DNA of 63,431 nt, counting the filler, from Octopus bimaculoides (taxonomy: Eukaryota), in NCBI RefSeq assembly GCF_001194135.2. It is 5 parts of 5 records of this genome, joined end to end, with 100 filler letters (N's around TTAATTAATTAA, not from the genome) between each part and the next. Parts side by side here need not be neighbours in the genome. Positions count along the whole stretch, not along the records: positions 21,671 to 39,016 come from NC_068995.1; 4 more parts are not named here. One strand, given 5' to 3'. The position numbers and the translations under genes were made by a program. Position 1 is the stretch's first letter, and every line of letters begins with the position of its first letter. Below are positions 22,093-35,231 of this stretch, piece by piece. The notes under the pieces are model-generated. The model worked only from the letters and a program-made list of their open reading frames with translations, did no database searches and was not told the DNA's origin.

Positions 22093-22193
22093 AATAATAG
22101 ATGAACATCCTGCATTTTATCATGTTGCCCAGTTGATAGCTGCCACTGTCAATGAACAGGGAGCTAAAGCTGGGGAGAGTTTTTTGTCTTCAG
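22093..22193 (+). CDS. UBL7: UBL7 internal exon (IIDEHPAFYHVAQLIAATVNEQGAKAGESFLSS)
   Basis: tttcag| acceptor, G|gtgagt donor; aligns with human UBL7 LVPAHPALVNAIVLVLHSV; in phase with the next exon. Confidence 0.8.
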
Positions 22194-22778
22194 GTGAGTG
22201 GTTTTCTATTTGGTATTAAAGTCATCTTGAACTGAATTATATCAAAGTCTTTGCTGGTTTTCTATCCAAGTTCAAGAGAATAAAATTATATGTAAAGATA
22301 AATTTGTTGCCTGTATCTTTTCTTTCATTTCGAATTTGGGAATTAATATTTGGTTGCGAAGGTAGAGTTGTTGAAATACACACAGCGTAAACTTTCAAAT
22401 TTCTGAAGTGTAGAACTAATATTGATTTCAAATTTTGGCACAAGGCCAGCAATTTTGGAGGAGGGGATAAGTTGATTACATCATCCTTAGCATTCAACTG
22501 ACACCTATTTTATTGATTCCGAAAGGATGAAAGACAAAGTTGACCATGGCAGAATTTGAACTCACAACATAATGCTGCTAAGCAATTTGTCCAGCATGCT
22601 AACAATTCTACCAGCTCTCCACCTTTTGTAGAAGTAATATTATTAGGTTTTCAGCTCAAATAAAACAGTCTTGAATTTATTGATAAGCTCTATAGCCATG
22701 TTGATATATTTCTGCTCCGATAATACTAATGTATATTCTTACATAACTCAATGTATATCCTTTTTTTTTTTCTTCCAG

Positions 22779-22858
22779 CTGCATACTCTCTTGATCAAAT
22801 GTCAGATGATGAAGAATCTGCATCACCACTTCACACCCAAGAACAGTCACCCTTACAG
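22779..22858 (+). CDS. UBL7: UBL7 exon (AAYSLDQMSDDEESASPLHTQEQSPLQ)
   Basis: Long T tract plus ccag| acceptor, CAG|gtaagc donor; SDDEE corresponds to human EGLSDDEDD. Confidence 0.85.
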
Positions 22859-23924
22859 GTAAGCATAATACATGAATGTTAAAATAAATGGATATGATGG
22901 TGTTGGGGTTTTTTGGGGGGGGTTTTAAAGTTATTTTACTGCTCCTTACCATGCTAAAATGAAAGGCAATGCCTTTTATGTTTTATATTTAAATATTTTA
23001 TGTTGTTGGAGCAAATGTTTAAAGTAACATAAGACACAACACAGTGGTTATAACAAAGTTTAACATGATGAGTTTAAGTCTTGACAGCACTAATCTCACA
23101 GCTGTTATAGCTCAGCAGCCATGCATCAAAAGAATTATCTTAATTATTCCAGCATGGAAAAAAATGATGTTACAATTTGTAATAGTAGTTCTTTATTTAT
23201 TCTAGTCTTCCATAAAAATACATATTCTTCATTACTTTACAATGTGCTGGGTGCTTTTATGTGGCACTAGCACAAGTGCATTTTATGTGACTCTGATATG
23301 AATGCCTTTTACATTGCACCTGCGCAAGTACATTTTACATTGTACTGACACAGGTGCATTTTACATGGCACCGATAAAGCAATTGACCAAAGATTGTATG
23401 GTAGTCTTGCAATCACTGGTGTCATTAGAGAGAGAGAGAGAGAGAGATAAGTTTTGCAGGACATTGCTGGAGAGTTAAATAAGAACTCGTTAGTGATTCT
23501 ATGCTATGAACATTCTGGCATGGATAAACAGAGGTTGTCAGTCCTGTAAAACAAACTTTCATTGATCAGATCTGTATCAACACTGAATGTTGCCTTGCTA
23601 TGCAGGATTGTGATGGATGATCTAGAAAATGTGATCAAGTTGGACAAATTCAAGCAAGCTCAACCAGAGAAATAACACTGTTAAACATCAAATGCACCTT
23701 AAAATTCACAAATGTTTTTGCTAAATGCTGAAGTCAGCATTTTCTATGAGGATAATGTGGGAAGGAAAGGACTCTGCTAAGCCAACTTCTCAATACACTA
23801 GTGAATAATTAAAGCCTTTAGACTTTGTGTTATGACTAAATTATCCTCATCATCAATATCATTTAATGTCCATTTTTCGATGTTAGCAATGATTGGATAG
23901 TTTGACAGGATCTGATAAGCTACA

Positions 23925-24160
23925 GGCATTTCTTTACTGCCCACAAGGGGCTACACACAGAGGGGACAAACAAGGACAGACAAAGGATTAAGTCGATTAT
24001 ATCGACCCCAGTGCGTAACTGGTACTTATTTAATCGACCCCGAAAGGATGAAAGGCAAAGTCGACCTTGGCGGAATTTGAACTCAGAACGTAACGGCAGA
24101 CGAAATACCACTAAGCATTTCACCCGGCTTGCTAACGTTTCTGTCAGCTCGCCGCCTTAA
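23925..24160 (-). mobile_element. Young-looking Meta-like tRNA SINE
   Basis: CpG-intact copy; reverse complement begins aaggcggcgagctgacagaaacgttagc and contains B box GTTCAAATTCC. Confidence 0.8.
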
Positions 24161-24552
24161 GACGAAATACCGCTAAGCCCCAATGTTAGCTTTGGTATGG
24201 CTCCTACTGCTGAGTGTCCTTCCTAACACCAACCACTTTACAGGTGTACTAGAAGCTTTTATATTTTTTTTTTTAGTTTGTGATGCTGATACTGAGCTCA
24301 TCAAGTAACTTGCAAAACCAAGTAAAATAAAGAAAACTGGTTATAAAATTCATAAAAGTAATAAAACTCTTGTCTAGAGTGGTAAATTTGGTGTTGATGG
24401 TATTGATCTAAGCTAGATTTTTACTGTATTAGCTAAATATCTATCTCTGAATTGCATCTTAACAAAATTATTTTTGCTCTTCATTCCTTCATTACTAAAA
24501 AGAAAAGAAAATCAGTGGTTCTTAATGCAGTTCCTCTTTTATTTTAATTTAG

Positions 24553-24666
24553 CTTGATGGAAGCTCTATTCAGGGTATAACAGCTTCACAGCTTGCTGCA
24601 GCTCTTGCTGCTGCCAGTGTACCAGCAGGTTTTTCTGACCCATCAACATCAGGAGCTCGAATGTCT
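24553..24666 (+). CDS. UBL7: UBL7 exon (LDGSSIQGITASQLAAALAAASVPAGFSDPSTSGARMS)
   Basis: tttag| acceptor, |gtaagt donor, 38 codons; ITASQLAAALAAAS corresponds to human ITQSELATALALAS. Confidence 0.9.
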
Positions 24667-26118
24667 GTAAGTAATGAAACTTCACATCAATTTCTAAAAA
24701 TATAATAGGATAAGCATAGCACAGCAAGATCAAACAATGTTTATTTGTTTATTTTAGTAAGCATTTCTTAAGTATCTGATATTTTCCCCTTATTTAATTT
24801 TGTAATACATTATAGAGAAAGAATGGTTGATATATAAATCCACATATTTTTATAATTGTTAGCAATTGCGTTTCTAAAGCTTTCTCTGCTTTTAAATAGT
24901 TTGTAAGAAAGAGTGCATCTAGAATGGATTTAGTCTGACCAGTGTGCATGTAGCTCAGTAGAGGAAGACATTAGTGCTGTTCATTAAAATATAAAAGTTT
25001 TGAGTTCAATTCCTCTCTGGGATTATCATATTTGGTTCCAAGACAATTGCAGATCAAACTGTAATCATAGTGTAAATTTAAACAAATTTGTTAATCATTA
25101 AATGTGTTACTGTTAATATATGCTGTGGCCGTATTCACAGAGCATTGCTAGGGATCTCTTCTAATGGGAATTTTTATTATCAAATAATTTTACCCCATGT
25201 TTTGTAAACAGCAGAAATACTGTACAATTGACCAGTATTGTGTTTTGATTTGCAAGGATTCATTCAAATTCTACCAGAAAAATAGTTTCCATACAACTGA
25301 GTTGCTATTTGTATTTAGTCTTCAAATAATATCCTAAAGTGCCTGGAAATGTGCAACATGCTTTCACACACACACACACACATATATCATTCTGTATGTT
25401 GTGACTGATAATGTTCTTTTCTTACTATATCTCTGTTGAATTAATTTCAAAAGTAAATAATGGGTGAAGCGTGGCTGTGTGATAAGAAGTTTGCTTCCGC
25501 ACCAAATGGTTTTGAGTTCAGTCCCATTGCATGGCATCTTGAGTAAGTGTGTTCTACTGTAGTCTCGGCCCGACAAAAGACTTGTGAATGGATTTGGCAG
25601 GCAAAAACTAAAAAAAGCCCATTATATATATTTAGAATAATAAGGTTCTCAGAATGTTGAATGATTATGTATATTCATTTATTTATTTACATCTTATTTA
25701 CATTTTTAGCACTTTCCTCTGCAGTAGTATTATTCTCTTCATGGGACAGTCACATTAAGTTGACAGCATACAACTACTTTATCGCATCACTACTGGATAA
25801 ATCTCTCTGAGACATTTAGAAATGTATTATTTCTATTTTTGAAATCGGTGAATGTGTTTCACTAGAAATATTATATGTTTACGAGAGCTTGACAGGCATC
25901 TCCAACTAGCAGGCCATTGCTACTGATAAGGAACAAAGAATCAGAAACATCTCTCTGGATGCAGGCTTAGCTGGGTGGAGGTGCTTGTCTCCCCCTTGTA
26001 AACATAAGGACACAGGAAATGTGTCAAGGCCGACAGGAAGCGGTGCTGCTTCCTAGGGCTAAATAACAGTAGTATTATTCCCTTCATGGGACTGTCAAAT
26101 TAAGTTGANNNNNNNNNN

Positions 26119-26410
26119 TAACGTCCGCTTTCCATGCTAGCATGGGTTGGACGATTTGACTGAGGACTGGTGAAACCGGATGGCAACACCAGGCTCCAGT
26201 CTAATTTGGCAGAGTTTCTACAGCTGGATGCCCTTCCTAACGCCAACCACTCAGAGAGTGTAGTGGGTGCTTTTACGTGTCACCCGCACGAAAACGGCCA
26301 CGCTCGAAATGGTGTCTTTTATGTGCCACCCGCACAAGCCAGTCCAGGGGCACTGGCAACGATCTCGCTCGAAAATCCTACGGGAGCCAGTCAGGCGGTA
26401 CTGGCAACAG
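26119..26410 (-). mobile_element. Modular retroelement copy (young)
   Basis: Identical by eye to about 11229-11401 over roughly 170 bp. Confidence 0.85.
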
Positions 26411-26534
26411 CCATATATATTTGTATGTATATATGTGTATATATATGCATATATATGTATAATTGTATGTGTATATTTGTATGTATATATATGTATATGT
26501 ATGTATGTATATGTAAGTATATATATTATGTATA

Positions 26535-26584
<50 letters not shown>

Positions 26585-27611
26585 TCACACTATCAGAACT
26601 AGAGGTAAAGTTTCAGGTGTGTGTGTGTATATATATATATANNNNNNNNNNNNNNNNNNNNNNNNNNNNNNNNNNNNNNNNNNNNNNNNNNNNNNNNNNN
26701 NNNNNNNNNNNNNNNNNNNNNNNNNNNNNNNNNNNNNNNNNNNNNNNNNNNNNNNNNNNNNNNNNNNNNNNNNNNNNNNNNNNNNNNNNNNNNNNNNNNN
26801 NNNNNNNNNNNNNNNNNNNNNNNNNNNNNNNNNNNNNNNNNNNNNNNNNNNNNNNNNNNNNNNNNNNNNNNNNNNNNNNNNNNNNNNNNNNNNNNNNNNN
26901 NNNNNNNNNNNNNNNNNNNNNNNNNNNNNNNNNNNNNNNNNNNNNNNNNNNNNNNNNNNNNNNNNNNNNNNNNNNNNNNNNNNNNNNNNNNNNNNNNNNN
27001 NNNNNNNNNNNNNNNNNNNNNNNNNNNNNNNNNNNNNNNNNNNNNNNNNNNNNNNNNNNNNNNNNNNNNNNNNNNNNNNNNNNNNNNNNNNNNNNNNNNN
27101 NNNNNNNNNNNNNNNNNNNNNNNNNNNNNNNNNNNNNNNNNNNNNNNNNNNNNNNNNNNNNNNNNNNNNNNNNNNNNNNNNNNNNNNNNNNNNNNNNNNN
27201 NNNNNNNNNNNNNNNNNNNNNNNNNNNNNNNNNNNNNNNNNNNNNNNNNNNNNNNNNNNNNNNNNNNNNNNNNNNNNNNNNNNNNNNNNNNNNNNNNNNN
27301 NNNNNNNNNNNNNNNNNNNNNNNNNNNNNNNNNNNNNNNNNNNNNNNNNNNNNNNNNNNNNNNNNNNNNNNNNNNNNNNNNNNNNNNNNNNNNNNNNNNN
27401 NNNNNNNNNNNNNNNNNNNNNNNNNNNNNNNNNNNNNNNNNNNNNNNNNNNNNNNNNNNNNNNNNNNNNNNNNNNNNNNNNAATTAGATTGGAGCCTGGT
27501 GTTGCCATCCGGTTTCACCAGTCCTCAGTCAAATCGTCCAACCCATGCTAGCATGGAAGGCGGACGTTAAACGATGATGATGATGATGATGATGATATAT
27601 ATATGTACATG

Positions 27612-27642
<31 letters not shown>

Positions 27643-28199
27643 ATATACTAGGTGGTGTACCCAGTAATTCCCAGGGATAAAGATGTTCTATTGAAATGCC
27701 TTATTACTCTGATATAAGAAAGCAATTCCGTTATAACTGCCACGGAGTGTGTATTTTTCATCATGAAAAAGTACAAAAAACTGTCAGCTGGAAGAGGGAG
27801 AGATTGTGGGAGGTTGGCGAGAAAGATTGTCAGAGGTTGATGAGAGAGGTTGTCGGAGGCTTGTGGGAGGCAAAGACATTATTCTGCTTAGCAAAGGCAT
27901 CTGGGAAATTTTTAACTGCTGTCATTCACAGAAAAACTATTGTTTTTACCGTGAGAAAAATGCTGTTGAAGTGCCAAGTTAAAATTTGGCAATCGAGGAT
28001 CGAATCCACGCTATGCCTGCATGAAGCCACTACAAATATGTTGTGGAAGAAAAAATTTATCTGCTGTCATGGAAAAAGTGTAACTGTAAAAATGCAGAAT
28101 TATCGGAGTAATGGGCATTCAAAAAAGTATGTATGTATAGAAATGTATGAATGAAGTCCTTAATGTTTAAGTAGTGAAATGCAGAATTAGGTTGGCTGA

Positions 28200-29160
28200 T
28201 CATAAGAATCAAATATTGATTGCTTTGCTAAAATATGCTGGTGGTATGGGTTATTTCCGTCAGTTGTCTATTCAGCTGCTTTGAGATCTTCAACCTACAT
28301 CTCATGAGGATTTTTCTGTCCCTGGGAATCGTGTTTGACAGTGTGCTGGCCTTTCTTTCTGGGACATATTTAGTGCATATAGCTTGCACTGTTGACATAA
28401 ACTGGCTGAGTTTCAGATCAATATCTTGCATACACTGGACCAGTTTTGTTTGTGGATCTCTTTGCGGATCGATTCTCATTTCACCTTATGGAAATTCAGG
28501 TTGGATGAGGCTCGAGTCCTCCTGATAGGGTAGATACCAACATTTTGCACAGGACCATACATATTTCAACAATGGTGTGGTCTGAGAGTGCTGTTGGTGT
28601 AACCTTCACATTATGAATGAAGTCCACATTATTTGTAAGGCATAGGTCCAATATGTTGTTCCCCCTGGTTGGCCTGAGTATCACTTGCACCATAAGCAGA
28701 TTATTAGGAAGTTCAAATAATGACTCTATGTGCTTTTGTTCATGCAGTGACATCCCAGAGAGGATGTGGCCTTCTGGCCATTTGACATTTAGGAAGTTGA
28801 AATCACTCAGGAAGAGCATGTTGATGTTCTTATCTAGGTTTGTTAATACTGCTTCGATGTGTTTGAGGCTATCCTCAAATTTTCTGTCATATTTTGTGGT
28901 ATTTGGAGGACGATATATCATGCATATAGCTATATCAGTTGGCTTTATATGTACCATTAAGGTGTCACAAACTGAGTTTGACTGTGACAATAATACAAGA
29001 GGTGTGACGTCTTCACGGGTGTACATAGCAACTCTGTCGTGGCTTCTTTCTCTTCTGTCTGTGCAAAATACTGCATCCCGTGGTATGTGCACTTCCGCAT
29101 CTGTTACATCAGAGGCTAGATGCGTTTCAGTGAGGGCCATGCATATTGCTTGATTGCATG
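28200..29160 (-). mobile_element. CR1/L2-group LINE ORF2 fragment (APE endonuclease), antisense in a UBL7 intron
   Basis: ORF 28496-29140: LTETHL...IYRPP...SDFN...PTRGNNILDLCLTNN endonuclease motifs; continues in ORF 28228-28479; no RT domain present. Confidence 0.9.
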
Positions 29161-29262
29161 TAGTAAGCTCTTTTAGAGAGAGAATTTTACCTCTGTTGCT
29201 GAGTTATAGCGAACCCCCAATATGTATATGTGTATATGTATGTATATATGTATGTATGTGTA

Positions 29263-29359
<97 letters not shown>

Positions 29360-30279
29360 GTATGTATGTATGAGAAAGGACAATTCTTGCTCCAAAAAAT
29401 GAGACAGTAGCAAGGATTAACCATGGATTAATCAGATTCCAACAGTCATTAAGAAGTCCTTGATGAAAATCAAGCTGTTCATTACCCAACAGAGTTCCTT
29501 AATTCTCTTGAGCCACGAGGAACTCCTCCACATAAACTTTTTCTGAAGGTAGGAGTCCCAATAATGCTTCTAAGAAATTTAGATCCTCCTAAATTTGCAA
29601 TGGGACACGGTTGATTGTGAAGATATTACTACCTAATGTGACGAGCTACCATCATCAATGGATGTGCCTCATTCATTCCAAGAATTCCAATCAAACCAAC
29701 AGTCATGCCATTTGAGTTCAAGTGAACACAATTCCTAGTACAACTTTGCTTTGTAATGTCAATTAATAAAGTTCAAAGTCAGTCTTTGAAATCTACTGGC
29801 TTACTTTTCTCATGATCAGCTTTATATTGGTTGCCCCAGGGTAAAATCACTTTGTCATTATTAAGCTAATGTTTTGAACATAAATTGCCATGAAATTTTA
29901 AAGGGAAATTTTAATTTAGATAACTTTTGTAACAGGAAGTTTATACTATAGAACTGAGGGTGGTCTTGGGCAGATTGGTATCAAAAGAGTTAACACAGGT
30001 TTTCTCAAGATGTTTCTGCTATTCTGATAATAGGTAATATCTGTTTAGCTCTTAAGAGATACTTGTCAGAATCTGAACTTTTATTTCATTTATTAAATGC
30101 ATCATTTCTGTTTTCTGCCTGGCTAGATTCATGTTGGGAAATGTTCATTAAACATGAGACTGTCAGCTGATTGACTCAGCCTTTGTGAGTTCAATATGCC
30201 AAAGGAAATATAGTATTTCTGCTTCTATGTTTTCCTCCTTTTCCTTCTCTGCTTTATAATTATTTTTTTAATATTGTAG

Positions 30280-30378
30280 GATGCAGCATCAACATCTGAT
30301 AGTATTGGTGCTTCACCACCTATCAGTAGTGACTTCTTCCAACAAGCCATGGTACATGCCCAGTATGTTGCTACTCAA
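30280..30378 (+). CDS. UBL7: UBL7 exon (DAASTSDSIGASPPISSDFFQQAMVHAQYVATQ)
   Basis: tgtag| acceptor, CAA|gtaaga donor; PISSDFFQQAMVHA corresponds to human PITNDLFSQALQHA. Confidence 0.9.
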
Positions 30379-30682
30379 GTAAGACGAAGATGTGTATATT
30401 ATTTATTTAATAACATTTCCATTCTATGCAACTTAAAGTTTTGTAGTCTCATCCATCAGACCTAACTTAATAATGCTTAGTAGTAAGTTCGTCTGTCTCC
30501 ACATTCTGAACATTCTGAGTTCAAATGCTGCCAGGGTCAACTTTGCCTTTCATCCTTTTGGGGGTCGATAAATTAAGTACCACTTGTGTCCAGGGGTTGT
30601 TCTAATCTACTGGCCACCTCCCCCAAAATTTCAAGCTTTGTGCCTATAGTAGAAAGGATTATTATTATTATTATTATTATTT

Positions 30683-30727
<45 letters not shown>

Positions 30728-31543
30728 AGGCAGCAAGCTGGCAGAATTGTTTGATAGCATCTTTTCCCATCTTTATGTTCTGAGTTCAAATTCCACTAAG
30801 GTTGACTTTGCCTTTCATCCTTTCAGGGTCAATAGAATAAATGCCAGTTGAGCACTGGGGATTGTTGTAATCATGTATAACATGATTTTTGTCCTTATTA
30901 GCAGCTGTTATTTCCTATTTGCTTACCCCTAGAAAGTATGAAAAATGGCTAATATTTCCTTCAAACTTTGCTTTTATTACATTTATTCAAACCCTACAGA
31001 ACCCCTCTAAACACATGAATAAGATGCTCCTCCACCACTCCTGCTCATGATCAGAGATGCACATGTCAGCCTGCTAAGGAACATGCTTAAGTGGTTATGG
31101 TCAAGCAACTGACAAGCAAATATGTGGTATTGAGCAGAATATTTACTATAATGGTATTTCTGCTTCCACAGCTCAGCGCTGAATCTGTCTGAAATGTAAT
31201 AGAAAATAGGTTAGTTTCGAAACATTGATGTTCTGGTTGCAAAAGCAAAGTGTGAAGGGAATAGTAGTCATTTCCTTTGATTTCTAAAGAGAGGCAAATA
31301 GGAAATAACACTTACTGACCAAAAGACAGGTAAAAAAAAATTAAATGTTTTTACAAAGTATTATTGGAATGTGTATTATATACAACTTAAGAATTATGAA
31401 GAAACAACTAATAATTCTTCAAGTTTATCAATCCTATGTCAGTATGGACGACCAAGTAGTTTTTGTTTTTCTCTTTGAAAATATATTTAAAAAACTAAGC
31501 TGTACTTTCTTTCCCCTTCTTTTCTTTTTTTAATTGTTTTTAG

Positions 31544-31678
31544 ACCCAGCTTCAACAGCTTCGTGACATGGGTATCACAGATGAAGGTTTGGCACTACAT
31601 GCTCTCCAAGAAGCAGGTGGAGATATACAGGCTGCACTAGAATATATATTTGGAGATATTGGTGGAGGTAGTTTATGA
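31544..31678 (+). CDS. UBL7: UBL7 terminal coding exon, UBA domain (TQLQQLRDMGITDEGLALHALQEAGGDIQAALEYIFGDIGGGSL*)
   Basis: Polypyrimidine tract plus tttag| acceptor; TGA at 31676-31678; near-identical to the human UBL7 C-terminus QLQQLRDMGIQDDELSLRALQATGGDIQAALELIF. Confidence 0.95.
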   Translation, partial: TQLQQLRDMGITDEGLALHALQEAGGDIQAALEYIFGDIGGGSL

Positions 31679-31722
31679 AAACAAAAACAAACATTTTTTT
31701 GATAAAAACAAAGACATTAGTA

Positions 31723-31728
31723 AATAAA
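31723..31728 (+). terminator. Candidate UBL7 polyadenylation signal AATAAA
   Basis: First AATAAA, 45 nt after the stop codon, with T/GT-rich sequence further downstream. Other AATAAA sites occur later. Confidence 0.45.
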
Positions 31729-32852
31729 GTGAAAATATATTAAAAATATTGCAGTTTTCTAAAATAATTATTACACTGCTTAAGTGATAGGAATTCTTTT
31801 AAATGTGTGTGTTTTTTTTTAATAGTATTTAAATCAACTTTTATAGACATATTTCTAAGATATACACATAAAAATTAGTCTTGACAACAAACCCACCAAT
31901 ATGTTATTGGCTGCCATATAAATATGAGCAATTATAATAAACTGAATTCTGTCTGCTTTTATTGGTTTTCTTATTCATGAACACAGTTTTGTTGTAATTT
32001 TGTTTATCAGAATCTGTGTACACAACACAGTGATTATATATATTTGTAGACTTTGAGGGGGGAAAATGCAAGGTTTATTTTAGGAGCAATATATTTTTCC
32101 TTTTATTTCATAAAAATTAACTTTGTAATAAAGCAGCAAAATTTTCTTTTCTCTAAGTTGTTAATTCTGTTTATATAACAAATGGTTAGTATAAACTTTT
32201 AAGCTTTATTTATTTTTACTTTTCTTGTAAGAACAATGAATGCAGTAATCTAGCAGAATTGTTACCACATCAGACAAAATGCTGAGCAGCATTTCTTCCA
32301 GGTTTTTATCTTTATCATCCTTTAACATCTGTTTTCCATGCTGGCATGGGTTGGACAGTTTGACAAGAGCTGATAAGCTAGAGAGCTGCACCATGTTCCA
32401 GTCTGATTTGGTTTGGTCTCTATGGTTGGATGCCCTTCCTAATGCCATCCACTTTACAGTGTGCTACCACTTCTGAGTTCAAATGCTGCTGAGGTCAACT
32501 TTGCTTTTCATCCTTTCGGTATTGATTAAACGAGTACTGTTTGAGCATTGGGTTTGCTGTGATCGACTTCCCACTCACCCTCAAGATTGCTGGACCTTGT
32601 GCCAAAATTAAAAAGAATTATAAATAAGTGTGGTTGATTTGTAGCATCTGTAAAGCATTAGTAAAAAATGCCTTGTGACAATTTAGTCCATTCTGTCAAG
32701 GCTGCTTTTGCCTTTTATCTTTTTAAGAGTCAATAATTTAAAATATCACTCAAGCACTGTGGTTATTATCTACTAATCTCCTTCCCCAAAATTTCTGGAT
32801 TTGTGCCTATATATAGGCACATGATGATAATGATGTGGCTATATTAGAAACA

Positions 32853-33214
32853 GGAGGCGCAATGGCCCAGTAGTTAGGGCAGCGGACTCACAGTCATAGG
32901 ATCGCGGTTTCGATTCCCAGACCAGGCGTTGTGAGTGTTAATTGAGCGAAAACACCTAAAGCTCCATGAGGCTCTGGCAGGGGATGGTGGCGAACCCTGG
33001 TGTACTCTTTCACCACAATTTACTCTCACTCTTTCTTCCTGTTTCTGTTGTGCCTGTATTTCAAAGGGCCAGCCTTGTCACGCTGAATATCCCTGAGAAC
33101 TACGTGAAGGGTACATGTGTCTGTGGAGTGCTCAGCCACTTGCACATTAATTTCCCGAACAGTTGATTGGATCAACTGGAACCCTCAACATCGTAAGCGA
33201 CGGAGTGCCAACAC
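32853..33214 (+). mobile_element. tRNA-derived SINE (Arg-like head) with 12-bp TSD
   Basis: TSD atattagaaaca at 32841-32852 and 33215-33226. Confidence 0.9.
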
Positions 33215-33235
33215 ATATTAGAAACAATTATTATT

Positions 33236-33960
33236 AAGGAAGATTGGCATCATTGTTAAGAGTGTGATATTTGGTCCGGCTTTTTTTTTTAATGTTCTGA
33301 GTTCAAATTCTGTCATGATTGACTTTGCATTTCATCCCTCAGAGGTTGACAAAATAAAGTACCTGTATGTAGTGGAGATGATATAAACATCTTCCACAAA
33401 ATTTCAGGTCTTGTGTCTATACAAGAAAGTTCTCAATATAGTGGGTTAGCAGAATTGTTAGAACTGGATAAAGTACCCTGCAGCATTTGTTTTGGCATCA
33501 GTTTATTGTTGACTAACCACTTCCCCTCAGAGATAGGCTTTATGTCTATTTAATAAATTATTATTATTATTATTATTAAGGTATTGGGAGGTGGTAAGCT
33601 GGCAGAATGCTTAGCAACATTTCATCTGTCTTTGCGTTCTAAGTTCAAATTCTATTGATGTCAACTTTGCCTTTCATCCTTTCGGGGTCAGTACGATAAG
33701 TACCAGTGGAGTACTGAAGTTGATGTGATCAACTTGTCCTCTTCCCAAACTTGCTGGCATTGTGCCAAAATTTGGAACCATTAATAAGGTAGTGGGTTAG
33801 CAAGATTGTTAAAGTATCAGACAAAATTTCTCTGCAGTGTTTCTTCTCTTACATTCTGAGCTGCTTTGTTTTTCATTGTTCCAAGTTCAATGAAATGATG
33901 TACCAGTCAAATACTTGGGCCAATTTAATTGCCCCACAAATTTTAGAACTTGTGCCTATG
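33236..33960 (+). mobile_element. Array of about four old Meta-like SINEs
   Basis: Repeated gttcaaattc..gactttgc..tttcatcc..agtacc units about 170-210 bp apart. Confidence 0.65.
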
Positions 33961-34978
33961 TAAAAAAACTATTATGCGATTAATAAAAGCATCTATTATA
34001 ATTATTATTAATAAAAATTATAAACTTAATAAATCTTTATAATATTAAAACTGAAAATTTGTTTGTGTTATTTTGTGTTTTTAGCTAAAAACAGTACATT
34101 ATAGTGATAAAGTGTTTCAACTTGTGTACATGCAATAGTTACAATTCTAAACAGTTTCAATGTATTCATAATGTTCATCCTGAAACATACATATCACTTG
34201 AGAAAAACAAGAGAAATCACATCTTAATCTACATTCTGTGTTTGATCAGAACATCATCTATCCTATAACATACAAAACTGAAAGGGATTGATAGGCTAGA
34301 TTTGAAGAGTATGAGGAAGGGAGATGAAGGTTGGGATGTTGGTACATGTAGCTAAGTAAAAAACTAGCATAAAAGTGACAGTAACTTTATTAAAGACGTC
34401 ATTCAGAGAGACTCTTTCTCCTGTCTAACACAGACACAGCACATACATGCCTAGCTTATCTATATAACTCTCTTGTATGTCTCTCTCACATGCACTTGTA
34501 ACCACTCAATGATTAAGCTAAAATTAGGACAGATGTTAACTAAGGTATTCAATACATGTCTTACGTTTATTTTTTATTTGTTCTAGTCATTTGACTGCGA
34601 TCATACTGGGGCACTGCCTTAAAGGGTTTTAGTTGAACAAACCAGCCCCAGGACTTTTTTTTTAAACCTCATACTTATTCTGTTGGTTTCTTTTGGCAAA
34701 CTGCTAAGTTATGGGGACATAAAGGCACCACCACTGGTTGTCAACTGGTGGTGGGGGACAGACACAAAACACACACACATACTACATAAAAGCACCTGTG
34801 TGGTGTTACATAAAAACATCCATGTGATGCCATGTAAAAGCACCCAGCACACACTGTAAAGTGGTTGGCATTAGGAAGGGCATCCAGCCATAGAAACCAT
34901 TGCCAAATCAGACTGGAGTCTGCAGCTTGCTAGCTCTGGTCAAACTATCCAACCCATGCCAGCATTGCCAACAGACAT

Positions 34979-35018
<40 letters not shown>

Positions 35019-35200
35019 AATAAAAGGGTAAAGGAATATTAATAAATTAATAATTAATAATTTTTTACCAAGCACTTCGGTGTTTTTTCTTCTTGTTTTG
35101 CCTTTGTGAGTTACAAGTACTACTATCTGTTGGAGTTTTAGCACTTTAGCTGCTATTTCTGAACTTCGGTATGTGGTGAAGCAACTGTTGCTGATCCCTT

Positions 35201-35231
<31 letters not shown>

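Noticed and set aside
27650-28154. 152-aa ORF 27696-28154 and a Helitron-like actag...accc...cccagg start near 27647
   Set aside because: No recognisable motifs or splice context; possibly an old repeat. The evidence is too thin to call without a database search.
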